From a virus (taxonomy: Duplodnaviria > Caudoviricetes): DNA of 61,108 nucleotides. Shown piece after piece: positions 8,594 through 20,000 of this stretch (positions within the stretch are counted from its first letter, which is position 1; each line of letters starts with the position of its first letter). Below the pieces are notes generated by a model that did no database searches, was not told where the DNA came from, and saw nothing but the letters and a program-made list of their open reading frames with translations. The translations under genes were made by a program, and so were the position numbers. The stretch is from positions 1-61,108 of IMG/VR virus record IMGVR_UViG_3300007512_000037, one strand, 5' to 3'.

Positions 8594-9877
8594 ATGCCGA
8601 TTAATTTAAACGTAGTTGATAAGCGGAAAACTCACGAATTCGGAGTTATCCGACAAATCGGTGATGTTACGCAGGAAGGGGAAGAGACTACAGTTAGTCT
8701 TACCGCTCCCGATGTTACGCCGAAAGAGTTCGCTAATTATGATGATTCCCATGTTTTTTATGACAAAGATCATGGAATGGTTAGTATCAAAGAAAATCTG
8801 TCTATTAAGCGGATTATGGCTAACCTTAATAAGCAGCGTAGGGAAGGGTTTCATAACTTAAGCTTGGATGAGTACCTTAAAGGGGCTAATTACAAGAACT
8901 TCAAAACTGGAGAGCCATTTACGATTAAAGACATTTATCGTCAAATGGGTTTTAACCCCGCAAGGGACACGGTTCAGTTTTTGTTAAGCACGGATAAGGT
9001 TACCGGTTCCAGGGAGTTAGTGCCTGAAATTATTCGGGCTTTTATTACCAAAGATTTGATTGAGCAGGGGATGTGGAAAAGCCTAGTCGCTACTGAGCGC
9101 TCTATCTCACAGCCTCAAGAGGATGCTCCCCATATCAACTATTCCGGGTCTAGCGCCCAGATGGAAGAAATAGGGGAAGCTGAGCATGTACCTCTGGGTG
9201 AAGTATCTTTTGGTCGAAAGACTGTAAAGATTACTCGTACCGGGGTGGGTATTGCTCTTACTGATCCTGTTAAGCAGTATGTAACTGTAGACCAGCTTGG
9301 TATTTATTTAGCTGATGTTAGTACCCGACTTAATAATGATCTTACAAGTAAGGCTATTGATATCCTTCTGAATGGGGATAAGCCTAATTTGACTGATCCT
9401 ATCGGGGCTTTAGGGGTTGATAACGTGGGGAATAAAATCAAGTACAAGGATTACATTCGTGCTTTCTTGCGCTATATGAGAACGGCTTATCGTCCTACTC
9501 AGATTATCGCAAACGAGGCCGAGGCTCTAAGGCAATTCCTTGATGCTGATTTTTCTCCTAGTGCTAACAATGCCTCGGCAAGGTTTCAGCTTAATCTGGG
9601 AAATACCAGTGTTCTTTCTAGTGCTACGATGTGGGTTCATGATGACATTGCTAATGATAAGCAGTTGTTTCTTGACCCAAAAGCAGCTCTTGAGTATTTG
9701 GTGTCGGAGCCTATGCACGTTGAAGAGGAGAGAAAGGCTAGTATTGAAACTAACGCTTACTACATTCGTATGACGAGCGGGTTTGCTAACCTGATTCAGG
9801 CGGCTAAGTTCCTTATGGACGGTACCCAGACGTTTGCATCAACTGGCTTTCCTTCCTACTTAGCGTTGAAAAAGTAG
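8594..9877 (+). CDS. major capsid protein (HK97 fold)
   Basis: 427 aa; LVPEII, EIGEAEHVP, and KTVKITRTGVGIALT segments fit the HK97 fold; followed by a strong terminator. Confidence 0.9.
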   Translation: MPINLNVVDKRKTHEFGVIRQIGDVTQEGEETTVSLTAPDVTPKEFANYDDSHVFYDKDHGMVSIKENLSIKRIMANLNKQRREGFHNLSLDEYLKGANYKNFKTGEPFTIKDIYRQMGFNPARDTVQFLLSTDKVTGSRELVPEIIRAFITKDLIEQGMWKSLVATERSISQPQEDAPHINYSGSSAQMEEIGEAEHVPLGEVSFGRKTVKITRTGVGIALTDPVKQYVTVDQLGIYLADVSTRLNNDLTSKAIDILLNGDKPNLTDPIGALGVDNVGNKIKYKDYIRAFLRYMRTAYRPTQIIANEAEALRQFLDADFSPSANNASARFQLNLGNTSVLSSATMWVHDDIANDKQLFLDPKAALEYLVSEPMHVEEERKASIETNAYYIRMTSGFANLIQAAKFLMDGTQTFASTGFPSYLALKK

Positions 9878-9893
9878 AGGAATTTGTTAACTT

Positions 9894-9927
9894 AAATTAG
9901 GGTGGGGTAAAACCTGCCCTAATTTTT
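9894..9927 (+). terminator. intrinsic terminator after capsid gene
   Basis: AAATTAGGGTGGG-GTAAAA-CCTGCCCTAATTT stem-loop with T tract. Confidence 0.8.
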
Positions 9928-9939
9928 ACACCAAGGATA

Positions 9940-10404
9940 TTGACTATGTTTATTGGAATTTCAAGAATTGGAGACTTGTTCTGCAAGGAAACCAGAGTTT
10001 CTTTCGGGCCTAATTACTATACTCTTTTCTTTGATAAGAGTACGGATGTTATTAACCAAGCAATTAATAACTTTGGTAATCATGAGAATAAGTTTGGGGC
10101 AGCTATTGAGCTTATTTCGCCTGATGATAAGGCAGACCCTAAACTTTTAAAAGCTTTGATTACCGGGTCTACTTTTCCAGGCTCCGGGGTTGAGACTGTA
10201 GACGCTCTTGCGAATGCAAACGAAAACCAGCTTATGAACTGGATTAAAGCATTTCCTAAAGCATTTCCTAAAGAGATTGTAGATAAGCTTAAGAATAAGT
10301 ATAAGACTGCTCCTTCCTGGGAAGATCCTGAGGACGAAGACGAAGAGGGTAAACAACCTCATCCAGACCAGAAAAAAGGAAGAGGAAGGGCTAGAGCTGT
10401 GTAA
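9940..10404 (+). CDS. hypothetical head-module protein
   Basis: 154-aa ORF coupled to next gene; contains a 12-nt tandem duplication (KAFPKAFPK). Confidence 0.7.
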   Translation: MTMFIGISRIGDLFCKETRVSFGPNYYTLFFDKSTDVINQAINNFGNHENKFGAAIELISPDDKADPKLLKALITGSTFPGSGVETVDALANANENQLMNWIKAFPKAFPKEIVDKLKNKYKTAPSWEDPEDEDEEGKQPHPDQKKGRGRARAV

Positions 10405-10823
10405 TGGCTGCCTCCCTGCTAAACAGAGTAACGCTTAACCTTATCGGGTTTGAGCCTTTGTTTGCAGGGGCTGCTCTGTATACCTTTAACAAGGTACTTA
10501 CAGATATTATAGCTTATACTCTTGAAGACTATGGGCTTACTGAGGGTGACTTAGCGGCAGACGAAGTATTAAGGGAAGGTTTTGTATTAAGAGCTACCCT
10601 TAATGCTTTACTGCCTATAAAAACTATCTATACCAATATACCTAAAAGAAGGCGCATAGAAGTAGGCGTAGAGTCTGAATACCAAGATTATGCTAAAACC
10701 TTAGATAGGTTGTCTGATGATCTTAAAAAAATGATCAGAGAAGTTGATGATAGGCTAGAAGGGTCTAATACTTTTATCCTAAAGTCTATAAACCCAGATA
10801 CAGATGGCTCAAGTGATGCTTAG
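10404..10823 (+). CDS. putative head-tail adaptor
   Basis: Size, helical character and position after the capsid gene. Confidence 0.5.
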   Translation: MAASLLNRVTLNLIGFEPLFAGAALYTFNKVLTDIIAYTLEDYGLTEGDLAADEVLREGFVLRATLNALLPIKTIYTNIPKRRRIEVGVESEYQDYAKTLDRLSDDLKKMIREVDDRLEGSNTFILKSINPDTDGSSDA

Positions 10824-11172
10824 CCCTAGAACTAAAATAGTAACTATTCTTCACCAGCTCCGGGCTTTGGTGCCGGATGAAAAAGATAGCAATAATGAAA
10901 GCTTAATGTACGACGATGATTTTTATGAGTCGTTAATCACTAGAACAGGGTATAATTCTAATGCTCATTATGCCTCCTTATCCGAGACACAGTATAGAAA
11001 TATGGTTGTTTCTGTGTGGGCTTTTATGGCTGGCGATCATCAAAAAATACGCAAGATGGAAGAGTTAGGCATAATCCAGGGCGAAGCTAATGTCTGGTCA
11101 CATATAAGGATGCTTAAGTTCCACGGATCACAATTTGAAAAGGCTGTGTTCGGTGAAGTATCCATCCCATAG
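10804..11172 (+). CDS. putative head-tail connector protein
   Basis: Synteny; LRALVPD...MYDDD N-terminus resembles connector proteins. Confidence 0.5.
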   Translation: MAQVMLSPRTKIVTILHQLRALVPDEKDSNNESLMYDDDFYESLITRTGYNSNAHYASLSETQYRNMVVSVWAFMAGDHQKIRKMEELGIIQGEANVWSHIRMLKFHGSQFEKAVFGEVSIP

Positions 11173-11491
11173 ATTTAAGCTTACAGTCCTAAAAAACGAT
11201 GCTTCTGTAGTCGATCCTTGGTCTGTAGAAGTAATTTCTAAGCAGGCGTGTAACTTTCGCTCTCAGCTTGATACGGCTACACAAACAGCTAACGAGTACC
11301 AAGACTTTTTTTCGTCTAAAGGGTATTGTGTACTAAAACTCCCCTTTACCGGGTCCGGGGCTATAGAGTCCGGGCAAAGGGCGGTAGTATATAATTCTAA
11401 AGAAGAGGAGCTAGGTAAGTTTGTTATAAGTAAGGTAATGTCACAGGGCAGAACTATGGTTATGGGACTAGATAGAGATTCCGATGAATGA
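11135..11491 (+). CDS. putative head closure (stopper) protein
   Basis: 118 aa, beta-rich, expected position. Confidence 0.5.
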   Translation: MKRLCSVKYPSHRFKLTVLKNDASVVDPWSVEVISKQACNFRSQLDTATQTANEYQDFFSSKGYCVLKLPFTGSGAIESGQRAVVYNSKEEELGKFVISKVMSQGRTMVMGLDRDSDE

Positions 11492-12209
11492 GCTAAATAG
11501 TATCTTATACCCGTTGATTGTTGATAAGGCCTCAGAAGCCACTTTAAATATAGTTCAGCCTGTTATGAATTTATCAGTAATGCACAGCTTACAAACTCAG
11601 TATAAAATGCTTAAAGCTACTCAAAACTGGCTACAAAGGAGAGAGTCTTTTCTGTATGGGGCTTTTACTGGGACAGAAGTTGCAAACACAAAAAGAGCCG
11701 GGAACCCGATAACTGGCGCAAAAGCCGGAGCTAGGGCTAGAATGCAGGCCGTGTTTAAAAGGACTAAACTAAGAAATAAGTGGGCTAAGAAAAGGAAAGG
11801 TCTTAGAATGCCTTATACAGATCATACCGGGCAGGCCTCTGGTAGTATAACTATAGATTCTCGGTGGGTTGGGTCCAGTAGTGGTTTAGGCTCCTCCGCA
11901 AATATTAATATAGGTATAGGCGGTTTTATCGACATGATAAAAGGGCATGAGTATGTGGAGAATCTTGATAATATATCCCGTAAAAAATATGGAAAAGGGA
12001 TTATACAGTTTGCGCTACATAGAGCAAAAATTCCTATAAGGCAAAAAATTCGCTGGAAAGACTCTTATGCTACAGTTAAAAGCAGGCTCGGAGATTTCCA
12101 ATTAGGAAGGAAAAAGCACGAAATATCGAAAGCTAAAATGTTGCGTATGATTGCCACAGCTAACGCTCCCGGTAATATTAATACCAAAAATACTACTAAG
12201 ATGGACTAA
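11484..12209 (+). CDS. putative tail completion / neck protein
   Basis: Basic protein with DHTG..SGSI and EYVE motifs resembling HK97 gp10-like proteins; synteny. Confidence 0.5.
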   Translation: MNELNSILYPLIVDKASEATLNIVQPVMNLSVMHSLQTQYKMLKATQNWLQRRESFLYGAFTGTEVANTKRAGNPITGAKAGARARMQAVFKRTKLRNKWAKKRKGLRMPYTDHTGQASGSITIDSRWVGSSSGLGSSANINIGIGGFIDMIKGHEYVENLDNISRKKYGKGIIQFALHRAKIPIRQKIRWKDSYATVKSRLGDFQLGRKKHEISKAKMLRMIATANAPGNINTKNTTKMD

Positions 12210-12622
12210 TGGCTACCGGGGATTTAGAGACTAAAGTATTAACAGCCTTAAAAGCTGATGGTACTCTAACTGCTCAAGTTCTGGCTTCTGGTATGTTTGA
12301 TGCCCAGGTTCCGGCTAACACTAAATTAACAACCCCTTATTTAATAATTTCTAGCGATACTAGAAATGTAGGCCCACAAGGTACTAGAATAGGAGAGGGC
12401 CTTTTAGAGATAATTATATTTGATAAGGCTAATAATTATTCTAGGATAAATTCAATAATTGAAGATTTGATTAGAATTTTACATGATAAACATTTTATAA
12501 TCACAGGGAGCTACTTCTGTTTTTTATCTCATGAAGCAGTTTCTATCATGCCGGTGGATGAGGCGAGACAAAGCTTAATATCAAAAAATTGTGTTTTTTC
12601 CATTCACGAATCACATTCTTAA
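12209..12622 (+). CDS. tail terminator protein
   Basis: 137 aa directly before tail tube; ALKADGTL...MFDAQVP...PYLII pattern typical of tail terminators. Confidence 0.7.
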   Translation: MATGDLETKVLTALKADGTLTAQVLASGMFDAQVPANTKLTTPYLIISSDTRNVGPQGTRIGEGLLEIIIFDKANNYSRINSIIEDLIRILHDKHFIITGSYFCFLSHEAVSIMPVDEARQSLISKNCVFSIHESHS

Positions 12623-12634
12623 AAGGAGTTTGAA

Positions 12635-13180
12635 ATGACAACTAGAAATATTTTGGTTTTCGGTGTTAGGGATTTGAAAATTCAAGCTGTAGCTACCGAT
12701 CCTGAGGGCAATAACCCTATGACTTACCCTAATGTTGCGGGGAGTATTATCAGTATTCATGGTATTAATAATGCTAATTTAACCCTGGAACAGGAAGAGG
12801 TCGAGGCTAGAGGAGATGACGTTGTTCAAGGCATAGTAGCCACCCCTGCTAATGTACGTCTTGATTTAGGCAACGCTCAGCTTAATCTCGATGCTATGGG
12901 TGTTTTGTTTGGGGGGGCTAAAACCGATGTTTCCCCAGATGAAATTTTTACGATGGACGGTAGAACATTCGGCCAGTATTTTAGAGCTGAATTTATTGCG
13001 CTTACTGATGATGGTAAGCAGTTTAAAGTAGAGATTGCCAAGATGAAAGCCAGTCAATCTACTGCCCCTTTCGCCGATAAGCAGTTCGCTTCGCCTACTT
13101 TCCAGGCCAGAGGCGTACCGCCTAAAGGCAAAGGTGCAAGTGCTACGCCGATGCTTAAAATGACTTATACCTATGGGTAA
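12635..13180 (+). CDS. major tail (tube) protein
   Basis: FGVRDLKI start, EARGDD motif, strong SD, followed by terminator and chaperone. Confidence 0.85.
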   Translation: MTTRNILVFGVRDLKIQAVATDPEGNNPMTYPNVAGSIISIHGINNANLTLEQEEVEARGDDVVQGIVATPANVRLDLGNAQLNLDAMGVLFGGAKTDVSPDEIFTMDGRTFGQYFRAEFIALTDDGKQFKVEIAKMKASQSTAPFADKQFASPTFQARGVPPKGKGASATPMLKMTYTYG

Positions 13181-13204
13181 GTCTTAGTATTAGTTACTAA
13201 TAAG

Positions 13205-13244
13205 TAGGTAGGGTTGGCTTTAGGGCTGCTCTGCCTATTTTTTT
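13205..13244 (+). terminator. intrinsic terminator after tail tube gene
   Basis: TAGGTAGGG...CTCTGCCTA stem (with G-U pairs) and T7 tract. Confidence 0.7.
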
Positions 13245-13261
13245 ATATAAGGAGATTTTGA

Positions 13262-13867
13262 ATGGAGCAATTACCTGTTGCGGAAGTTATGGAAGAGTAT
13301 AGGATTACAGATAAAAATGGTATTTCTTTAGTTCTTCAAATTAAAAATGTACCCGTAGTTCAAACAGCTAATAAACTAGCTAAAGCGTTGCGTACAATAA
13401 AGAATCATTGGTTTAGTTCCGAGATTATGGAATCTAATTTAGTTGAGCAGCTAAAAGATGATATCCGTAAATTGCGGGATGAGTTCGATGACTTGGAGGC
13501 TAAGGTTCCTGATTTAAAACAGGAGAATACAGAAGACTTGAAGGTATTCATTGAAATTAATGAGAAGCTGGAAAAGTTAGGAAAAGACTTAGCAAATAAA
13601 ACCCAGGAACTAGAGTTTGAAAAGCTGGTAGTCTCTATAGAGAGAGGGTCCACTATGCCCTTGATCGTTATTAAAGAAGTGCTAGGTATTATATGCCCAG
13701 GGACTAACGTAACCGATGATTTAGCTGAGTGTATTTCTTTTAAGGATATCTTAGGCTTAGCTGAAAAGTTCATGGAGGTAAATAAGCTTGACCAGATACC
13801 AAAAAAGCTCCTACCTCAGGGAATGAAAGAACAGATTCAAAAGCTAATCTCTGGGGGTCTGGCTTAG
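13262..13867 (+). CDS. tail assembly chaperone (gpG-like)
   Basis: Between tail tube and tape measure; carries in-frame slippery site A AAA AAG. Confidence 0.85.
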   Translation: MEQLPVAEVMEEYRITDKNGISLVLQIKNVPVVQTANKLAKALRTIKNHWFSSEIMESNLVEQLKDDIRKLRDEFDDLEAKVPDLKQENTEDLKVFIEINEKLEKLGKDLANKTQELEFEKLVVSIERGSTMPLIVIKEVLGIICPGTNVTDDLAECISFKDILGLAEKFMEVNKLDQIPKKLLPQGMKEQIQKLISGGLA

Positions 13868-14073
13868 TATGGTTATTGGGGTTAGGTTATAGTAGAGACG
13901 ACATTATTTTAAAGATACGGTTTCCAGAATTGGTTACGCTTATAAGGACGCAATATGCAATGAATGAGCAAATGAACAAAGCTTCTGGTAGCCCAGGAGG
14001 GCTAACCCCTTCCTCGGACCCAAGAATCCAAGCAATGATTTCACAGGCGGAAGCTAAAAAATCTAAAGGTTAA
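13262..14073 (+). CDS. tail assembly chaperone frameshift product (gpGT-like)
   Basis: -1 shift joins ...DQIPKK to APTSGNERTDSKANLWGSGLVWLLGLGYSRDD..., absorbing ORF 13876..14073. Confidence 0.8.
13801..13807 (+). other. programmed -1 ribosomal frameshift site
   Basis: A-AAA-AAG in X XXY YYZ register; -1 frame is open from here through 14073. Confidence 0.85.
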
Positions 14074-14075
14074 TT

Positions 14076-17000
14076 ATGACAGAAACTCACACTATAGTAG
14101 TAAAAGCTGATATATCTGATGTTAAAAGACAGCTCAGAAGTCTTGAGGACTTCGCTAAGCGTATGGAGGCTCTAAAAGTAGATGGGAAGTTTGACAGAAA
14201 TAGGGTTATAGAAAAACAAAAAGGTCGAGTAAGAATCTTAACCCGTGAAGCATCAAATCTTCTACATATTCATGAGCAAATAGAAGAAACACAAGGTAAG
14301 ATAAATACACAGTATAAGCAGGCCTTAGCCACTGTTCAGGCAGTAAGAGGCCCTAAACACGCACACCGATTTTTTCAAGAGAGGGTAGTAAATCCTGAAA
14401 CAGGTAAAATGAACTTTCAGGATATTGCAAGAGGGGATACACCTACAGGCGTTTTAAAATTTAAGAGGGGCTTAACCGACGAAGCTAAACAAGCGTATAG
14501 GCAGGCGGCGGAGATTACTTCTATATCTGCTCTAGGGAATGTAGATACTTACGACAAGCAGCTACGAACAGCTAAAAGAAAAGCAGATAGATTGTTTGGG
14601 TCTGATGTGGGGTCCGTAACGGATTCTATAGACAGGATGGTCAGCTCCGTAACTGAGGAATCTTTTCTCAGAAAGGGCGGAGTAGTAGCAAATAACAGAG
14701 GTAATCCGGTATTCCCAGACCCCACTAAGCAACTAACAAATGAGCAAGTTGTCAGCATGTTTAAGGCTAATAACCCGCAAGCTAGTAAAGCAGCCCTAAA
14801 CAATTACTTAAAAAGACTGGATAACGACAATTATTTCAGTGATGAATTCGGTAAAGGTAAAACTACGGCTCAGGTAGACTACAGGGTAAAGCAAAGTGAG
14901 GAGGCATTTAAAAAAGCTAAAGGGGCAAAAGACCTTAAGCATATGGAAAAGCTTAGGGGGTCGTTGGAGCAGTATTCTAAAAAATTCATGCACCCTTCTT
15001 TATTGGATAAGGTGCAGCGCTCTTTGGATAAATACGATACGGCTATACGAGTCAGAAGGGATAAGGTAGAGGCGGCGGCCACAAAAGCAGCAACTAGGGC
15101 GGCCAAAGTACAACTCGAACAAACCCACGATAGGCGAATGGGGGAGCTGTCTGGCAAATCCGAGAAGCAAGTTAAAAGCGAGCTTAAGAAGTCTTTAAAA
15201 GCAGAGCAAAAAGCAGCAAAGACTCTTGAAAAATACGGAACCGAAAAGGCTAAAACAGCTCTTGAGCAGGCAACCCTTTATAGAAAAGGGCTTACTACCT
15301 TGGTAGCAAACAAGGAAAAAGAAGCACAAGCTGTGAGTAAAAAACAAAAATCAGATGCCGAAGCTTCTAAAGTAAAGAGAATAGTTGATAGACAAAGAGA
15401 CTTAGGTAATAAGTTTAAAGTCGCTGTTGGTAAAAAAGATTATGCCGATATCCGCAAAGTGGAGGCTATAGCAGCGCAAAGAGGTAAATTTTTAGCAAAG
15501 GATTTCCCGCAGGAGGCAGCTAAATATGATGCTTTATCCGCTAATGCTCAGTCTAAGCTGGAGGGGAGAGGTTTAGGCGTAGGAGGAGGGGCAGTACCTA
15601 GGGGGGTTATAGAGCAGGCAGCTAAACTTAAATCCCTGTCGGAGGCTAATACAGCAGTACAGGCTCAGCAAGCTAGGCTAAGAAAAGCAACCGTAGCTCT
15701 AGGTAAAGAAGATAATGACGTAAATGCCCAGGCGGTAGAACGAGAACGAAAATCTTTAGACCTGCTTAAGGGAAGCCAAAAGGAGTTCAGGGCGCAGGCG
15801 GTAGTACGGAGAAACTTATTCACCAGCTCCTTGCAAGAGGACGTTAAAACAATGTCTGTTCAGCAGTTAAAGAATAAGCTTCTGAGAACAGAAAAGGAAA
15901 TTAAAGAGCAGAGGACTAAAACCGGAACCAGCAGGGATAGTTATGATCTGGCTATTCTTAAGGAACACGAAAAGCGTAAAGGAATTATAGAAAAAGGGAT
16001 TAACGCTAAAGAAAGAGCAGTCAGTAACCAGAAGATTCAAAAGCAGAAGGACACTACCTCATTAATAGATTCTGAGATTAACAGATTAAAGACAAAACAA
16101 AGAGCGTTAAAAAAGGAAGAAAACACCAGAAAAGCTATAACAGAGGCTACTAAGCAATCAGCTTTTGCTAGTAAGGCAGCGGCTTCTATAGTAGGCAGAA
16201 GAGATACTTTACTTAGTAAAGGCTCTTCAAGAACTGCAGCGGAGGGTAGCGAGCTTGACGGGCTTGAAAAAAGGTATGGGAAATTAAGAGGTCTGGAAAG
16301 TAGTTTTAATAACATAGTCACTAAAAACCAAAACGCCAGAGATAGAAAAGCAAAGCAACTCCTGAATCAAAGAGGTCAAAGGAAAAGAAAACAGGAAGCC
16401 GACGATAAAAACAGGGCTAGGTTCGGCAGAAAGGTAGCTGCCGAAGAGTCGAGATTAGCCAAGATTACGGCAACAAATCTAGTAGGCCTTAGAGCAGAGG
16501 CCTCCAAGTATAGGGCAGAGCAAAACCGCATTACGCAGGAGCTTAGAAAGCAGTATAACGCAGGTGAAAAATTAGGAATAGCCCAAGAAGATATGATAGC
16601 CAAAAGTCAAAGATTGGCTAAAAAAGAAAGAGAAGTTCTTAACTTGATTAGGGCGCAGGAAGCGGCGGAATCTTCTGCAGCGTCATTAAGGGAAGGTAAA
16701 ATAGCAAAAGCGGTAAGTAACCGCTACCAAGGGGTAGATACTAAAGTAGGTGCCATATATAGCCGGGGAGCTGCCGGAAAGAGTAGTTTTCTTCCTACTG
16801 TAAGAACTCAAAGGTCTATCTCCCTGCTTAGTAAAGAGCTGGCGCTTACTAGAGAAAAGCTATCTGTTTTAAATAAAACCAAGGAAACTCAACGTAATAC
16901 TTTTCTGATACAAAAGAAAAAGAACGCTTTATTACAGCTTGAGGCTAGTTTGGTGGGCAGAATAGGCAAACTTCAAAAGTTGCAAGGCAGGTTTTGGGGG

Positions 17001-20000
17001 GAGGCCCAGAGAAGTTTTACCCAGTTTAGGCAAGTATTTTTTACTGCTTTAATCGCCTCTGCTACTTTTGTATATCCTATGATGAGGCTTATACGCACAG
17101 CGGGGGAGGCAGAAAAAGCGTTAAATGCTTTGAATAGGCAGGCTAGGTTTAGCGGGATATTTGGGGATAGGGCGCAAAAGACCGTAGCTAATTTAGATAT
17201 TGTTCAGAAAGGTCTAGTATCTATAGGCGAGGCAGGTAAAGCAGTAAGAAATCTAATGAGGATGGGTTTTACTTTTGATGAGGCCGTAGCAGCAGCAAAA
17301 CAAATTACAGAAATATCCATTGAAAATAAACAGTCTGCATTAACACTGGGCCAAGCCCTTGTTTCTACTACCGAGGGTTTTCGTCAAAACTTGTCCGTGT
17401 TGGCCGATGCCGGTGGTATTACTAAAAATATATCACAGATTAATAAAGAGTATGCTGATTCTATAGGTAAGACTGTGGCTCAACTCACGAAAAGAGAGAG
17501 GGTGATGGCCTTACAAAGGGAAATTAGTATAGAGGCTACCCTTGCTTCTGGGGCTTTAGAATCCGTTATGTCTACTTTGGCTGGGTCGGTTGATAGCACT
17601 TCCGGGGCTTTTACTATTATGCAACAAAAACTAGGCTTGGAGCTTAAGCCAGCTATTATTTATATAACGAAGCAACTAAAAGAGTGGATCAAAAGTTTCA
17701 GCGATACTGCTACCGGAGTAGGAAATGTTACATCACGTATAGGGGTTGCTATTTTTGCTATGACTAAGTTTGCGGCTGTTATAGCAATATTGGCTGCGAA
17801 TATTTTCTTGGTTAAAGGGGTTTTAAATAGTTTTGCCGGGGCCATAGCCTGGATTATACCTTTGCTTATTAAAGGGGGCGCTGTGGCGGGTTTTTTAGGC
17901 TCAGCAGCAGGCCCAATAGCTCTCCTTGGTTTAGCTATAGCGGGGTTGACTTACTATATTTACTCAGAAATACAGGCAATGGAAGACCTTACTAAAAAGA
18001 ATAGGGAAGCAGTTAGGCCTATTCACCTAGTAAAAAAAGCTGTGAATGATTTAGGCAGAGAAGCAAATAAAAATCAAAGGGATTTAGCCGACCTTAAAGC
18101 TAGTGTTGATGCTTTTAAAGACACCGGGGAAGGGGTAGATCAGCTAAAGAGTAAGTTTCTACAGTTAGCTGAGGTTCAAAATAGTGCTTTTTTAACCGGT
18201 ATGGTAAATGCTGATAATTTTGGGACTAAAGTAGATAAGGTTTTAGGTATAGTTGAAAGACGAATGAAAGAAACTATGCGCTTAAAGGCCTTAGCTGAGC
18301 GAGATTTAATAAGAACCGAAATTAAGACTAAGGAAGAGGGCTTAAGGAGCTACGGGTCTAGCAAAGGAAATTTTGTAAGATCAAACATAATAGCTGCCAA
18401 GGTTTTAGACGATGAAAACTTTGCTAAACTACCAGGTAACTTTACCTCGGATGATTCACAATTACTGGAGAGGTTTTTACAAAGTACTACCCCGGAGGAG
18501 TTGGCAAATTTAAGGAGCACAGATACTAAAAGCAGGACAGGGGATAGGCTACTGCATATGGTGATGGGTTTATCTGATAGTGCTTTTGGCCCAAACGTAG
18601 CGAATAATATAAAAAAGTATTTTAGGCTCAGCAGCAGGCCCAATAGCTCTCCCGGTTATGGACCCGCAGATCCAGTTCCTGGTAGTAATAGGCAATACGC
18701 TAATAGGCCTAAAGTGCTAGAGGTTCTATATTCTTTGATGGAGAGATATACAGAAGAAGCAAGACAAGGGGAAATTAAAAATCTGGAAGAGCTTAGGTCT
18801 AGGCTAGAGTTAACGAATAAAATTATAGCCGGGAGAGTATTTAAAACTTCTGGGTTATCGTCTGGGGAAGAGGTAACGGAAGACACCACAAAAGAAGATT
18901 TGGAAACAACCCTTAAAAAATTCAAAACATTTGAGAATTTAACAGCCGCTAACTTAGAAATGCAGACCAGATTATCTATAACAGTAAACAACTTACCGAA
19001 AGGTACCCCAAAAGAAAAAAAGAGCTTTTACAGCTCCCTTATCGAGGCTCTAAGAGGTCCTGATAATGAAATAGAGCTAACAAGGGAGGAAATTTCAAAT
19101 TTAACTGAAGAGGAGGTGGAAATAGCAGAACAGGTAAAAAAATTGCTAATAGCCAGGGAGAAGGTTAGGGAAGCAAGAGAAAAGCAAGATGCCAAAAACT
19201 CTAAGAGAAGAGATGAACGGCTAGGCAGAGATTTAGCCGCTTATTCTAATCTTGAAGATTTAGTAAAAGATAAAGGAAAAGAGATAAAGGGTTTGGAAAC
19301 AGAGATTAAAATGCAATATGAGATTCAGGACTTGAACGAAGAACTGAACAAAGCAGAGGAAGGGGGTAAAGCCTCAATACAGGCACAAATTCAAAATCTT
19401 CAAAGAAAGCAAAAACTTGGCAGAATAGTAAATAAATTAATGGGGGAGGCTATAAGACATGAAGATACTACTGCCGAAATGACTTTCTACAAAGACAGGA
19501 AAACAGAGGAGCAAATAAAGGAACACTTAAAAAATGTTCAAGCCCTTATTGCCGTTAAACAGAAGCGATTAAAGCTTGCTAAATCTTTAGGGGTTATAGA
19601 TAAACAACATATAGAAATACTAGAAAAGCAAATTAGCGATAGGGAGAAAGAAGTAAAACATTATCGGGCGCAATTAGCAGATAAGCAAGTACAAAACAGA
19701 GCTTATACGCAAATCCTGGAAAAGGAAAAAGCCTTAAATGAGAAGTATAGAAACAGAATTATCCAAGTGTTTGAGCGCATTAAACTTCGTAGTCAATTAA
19801 GTAAACTTCTGGAAAAAGCTCAAACCGACCCAGCTAAGAATAGGATTAAAAACAAGATATCGACGTTTGATGAAAAGAATCGCCGGGGTATACAGAACTT
19901 AAGTGATCTAAAATCCTACGGTATCGGTGGGGGTATACGAGAGTTGGAGGCCGAGAAGGAAGCAGTAGATAAACTAAGAGAAAGGATCACAAAAGACACT

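Noticed and set aside
10246-10273. 12-nt tandem duplication AAAGCATTTCCT
   Set aside because: Simple in-frame slippage duplication without further implication.
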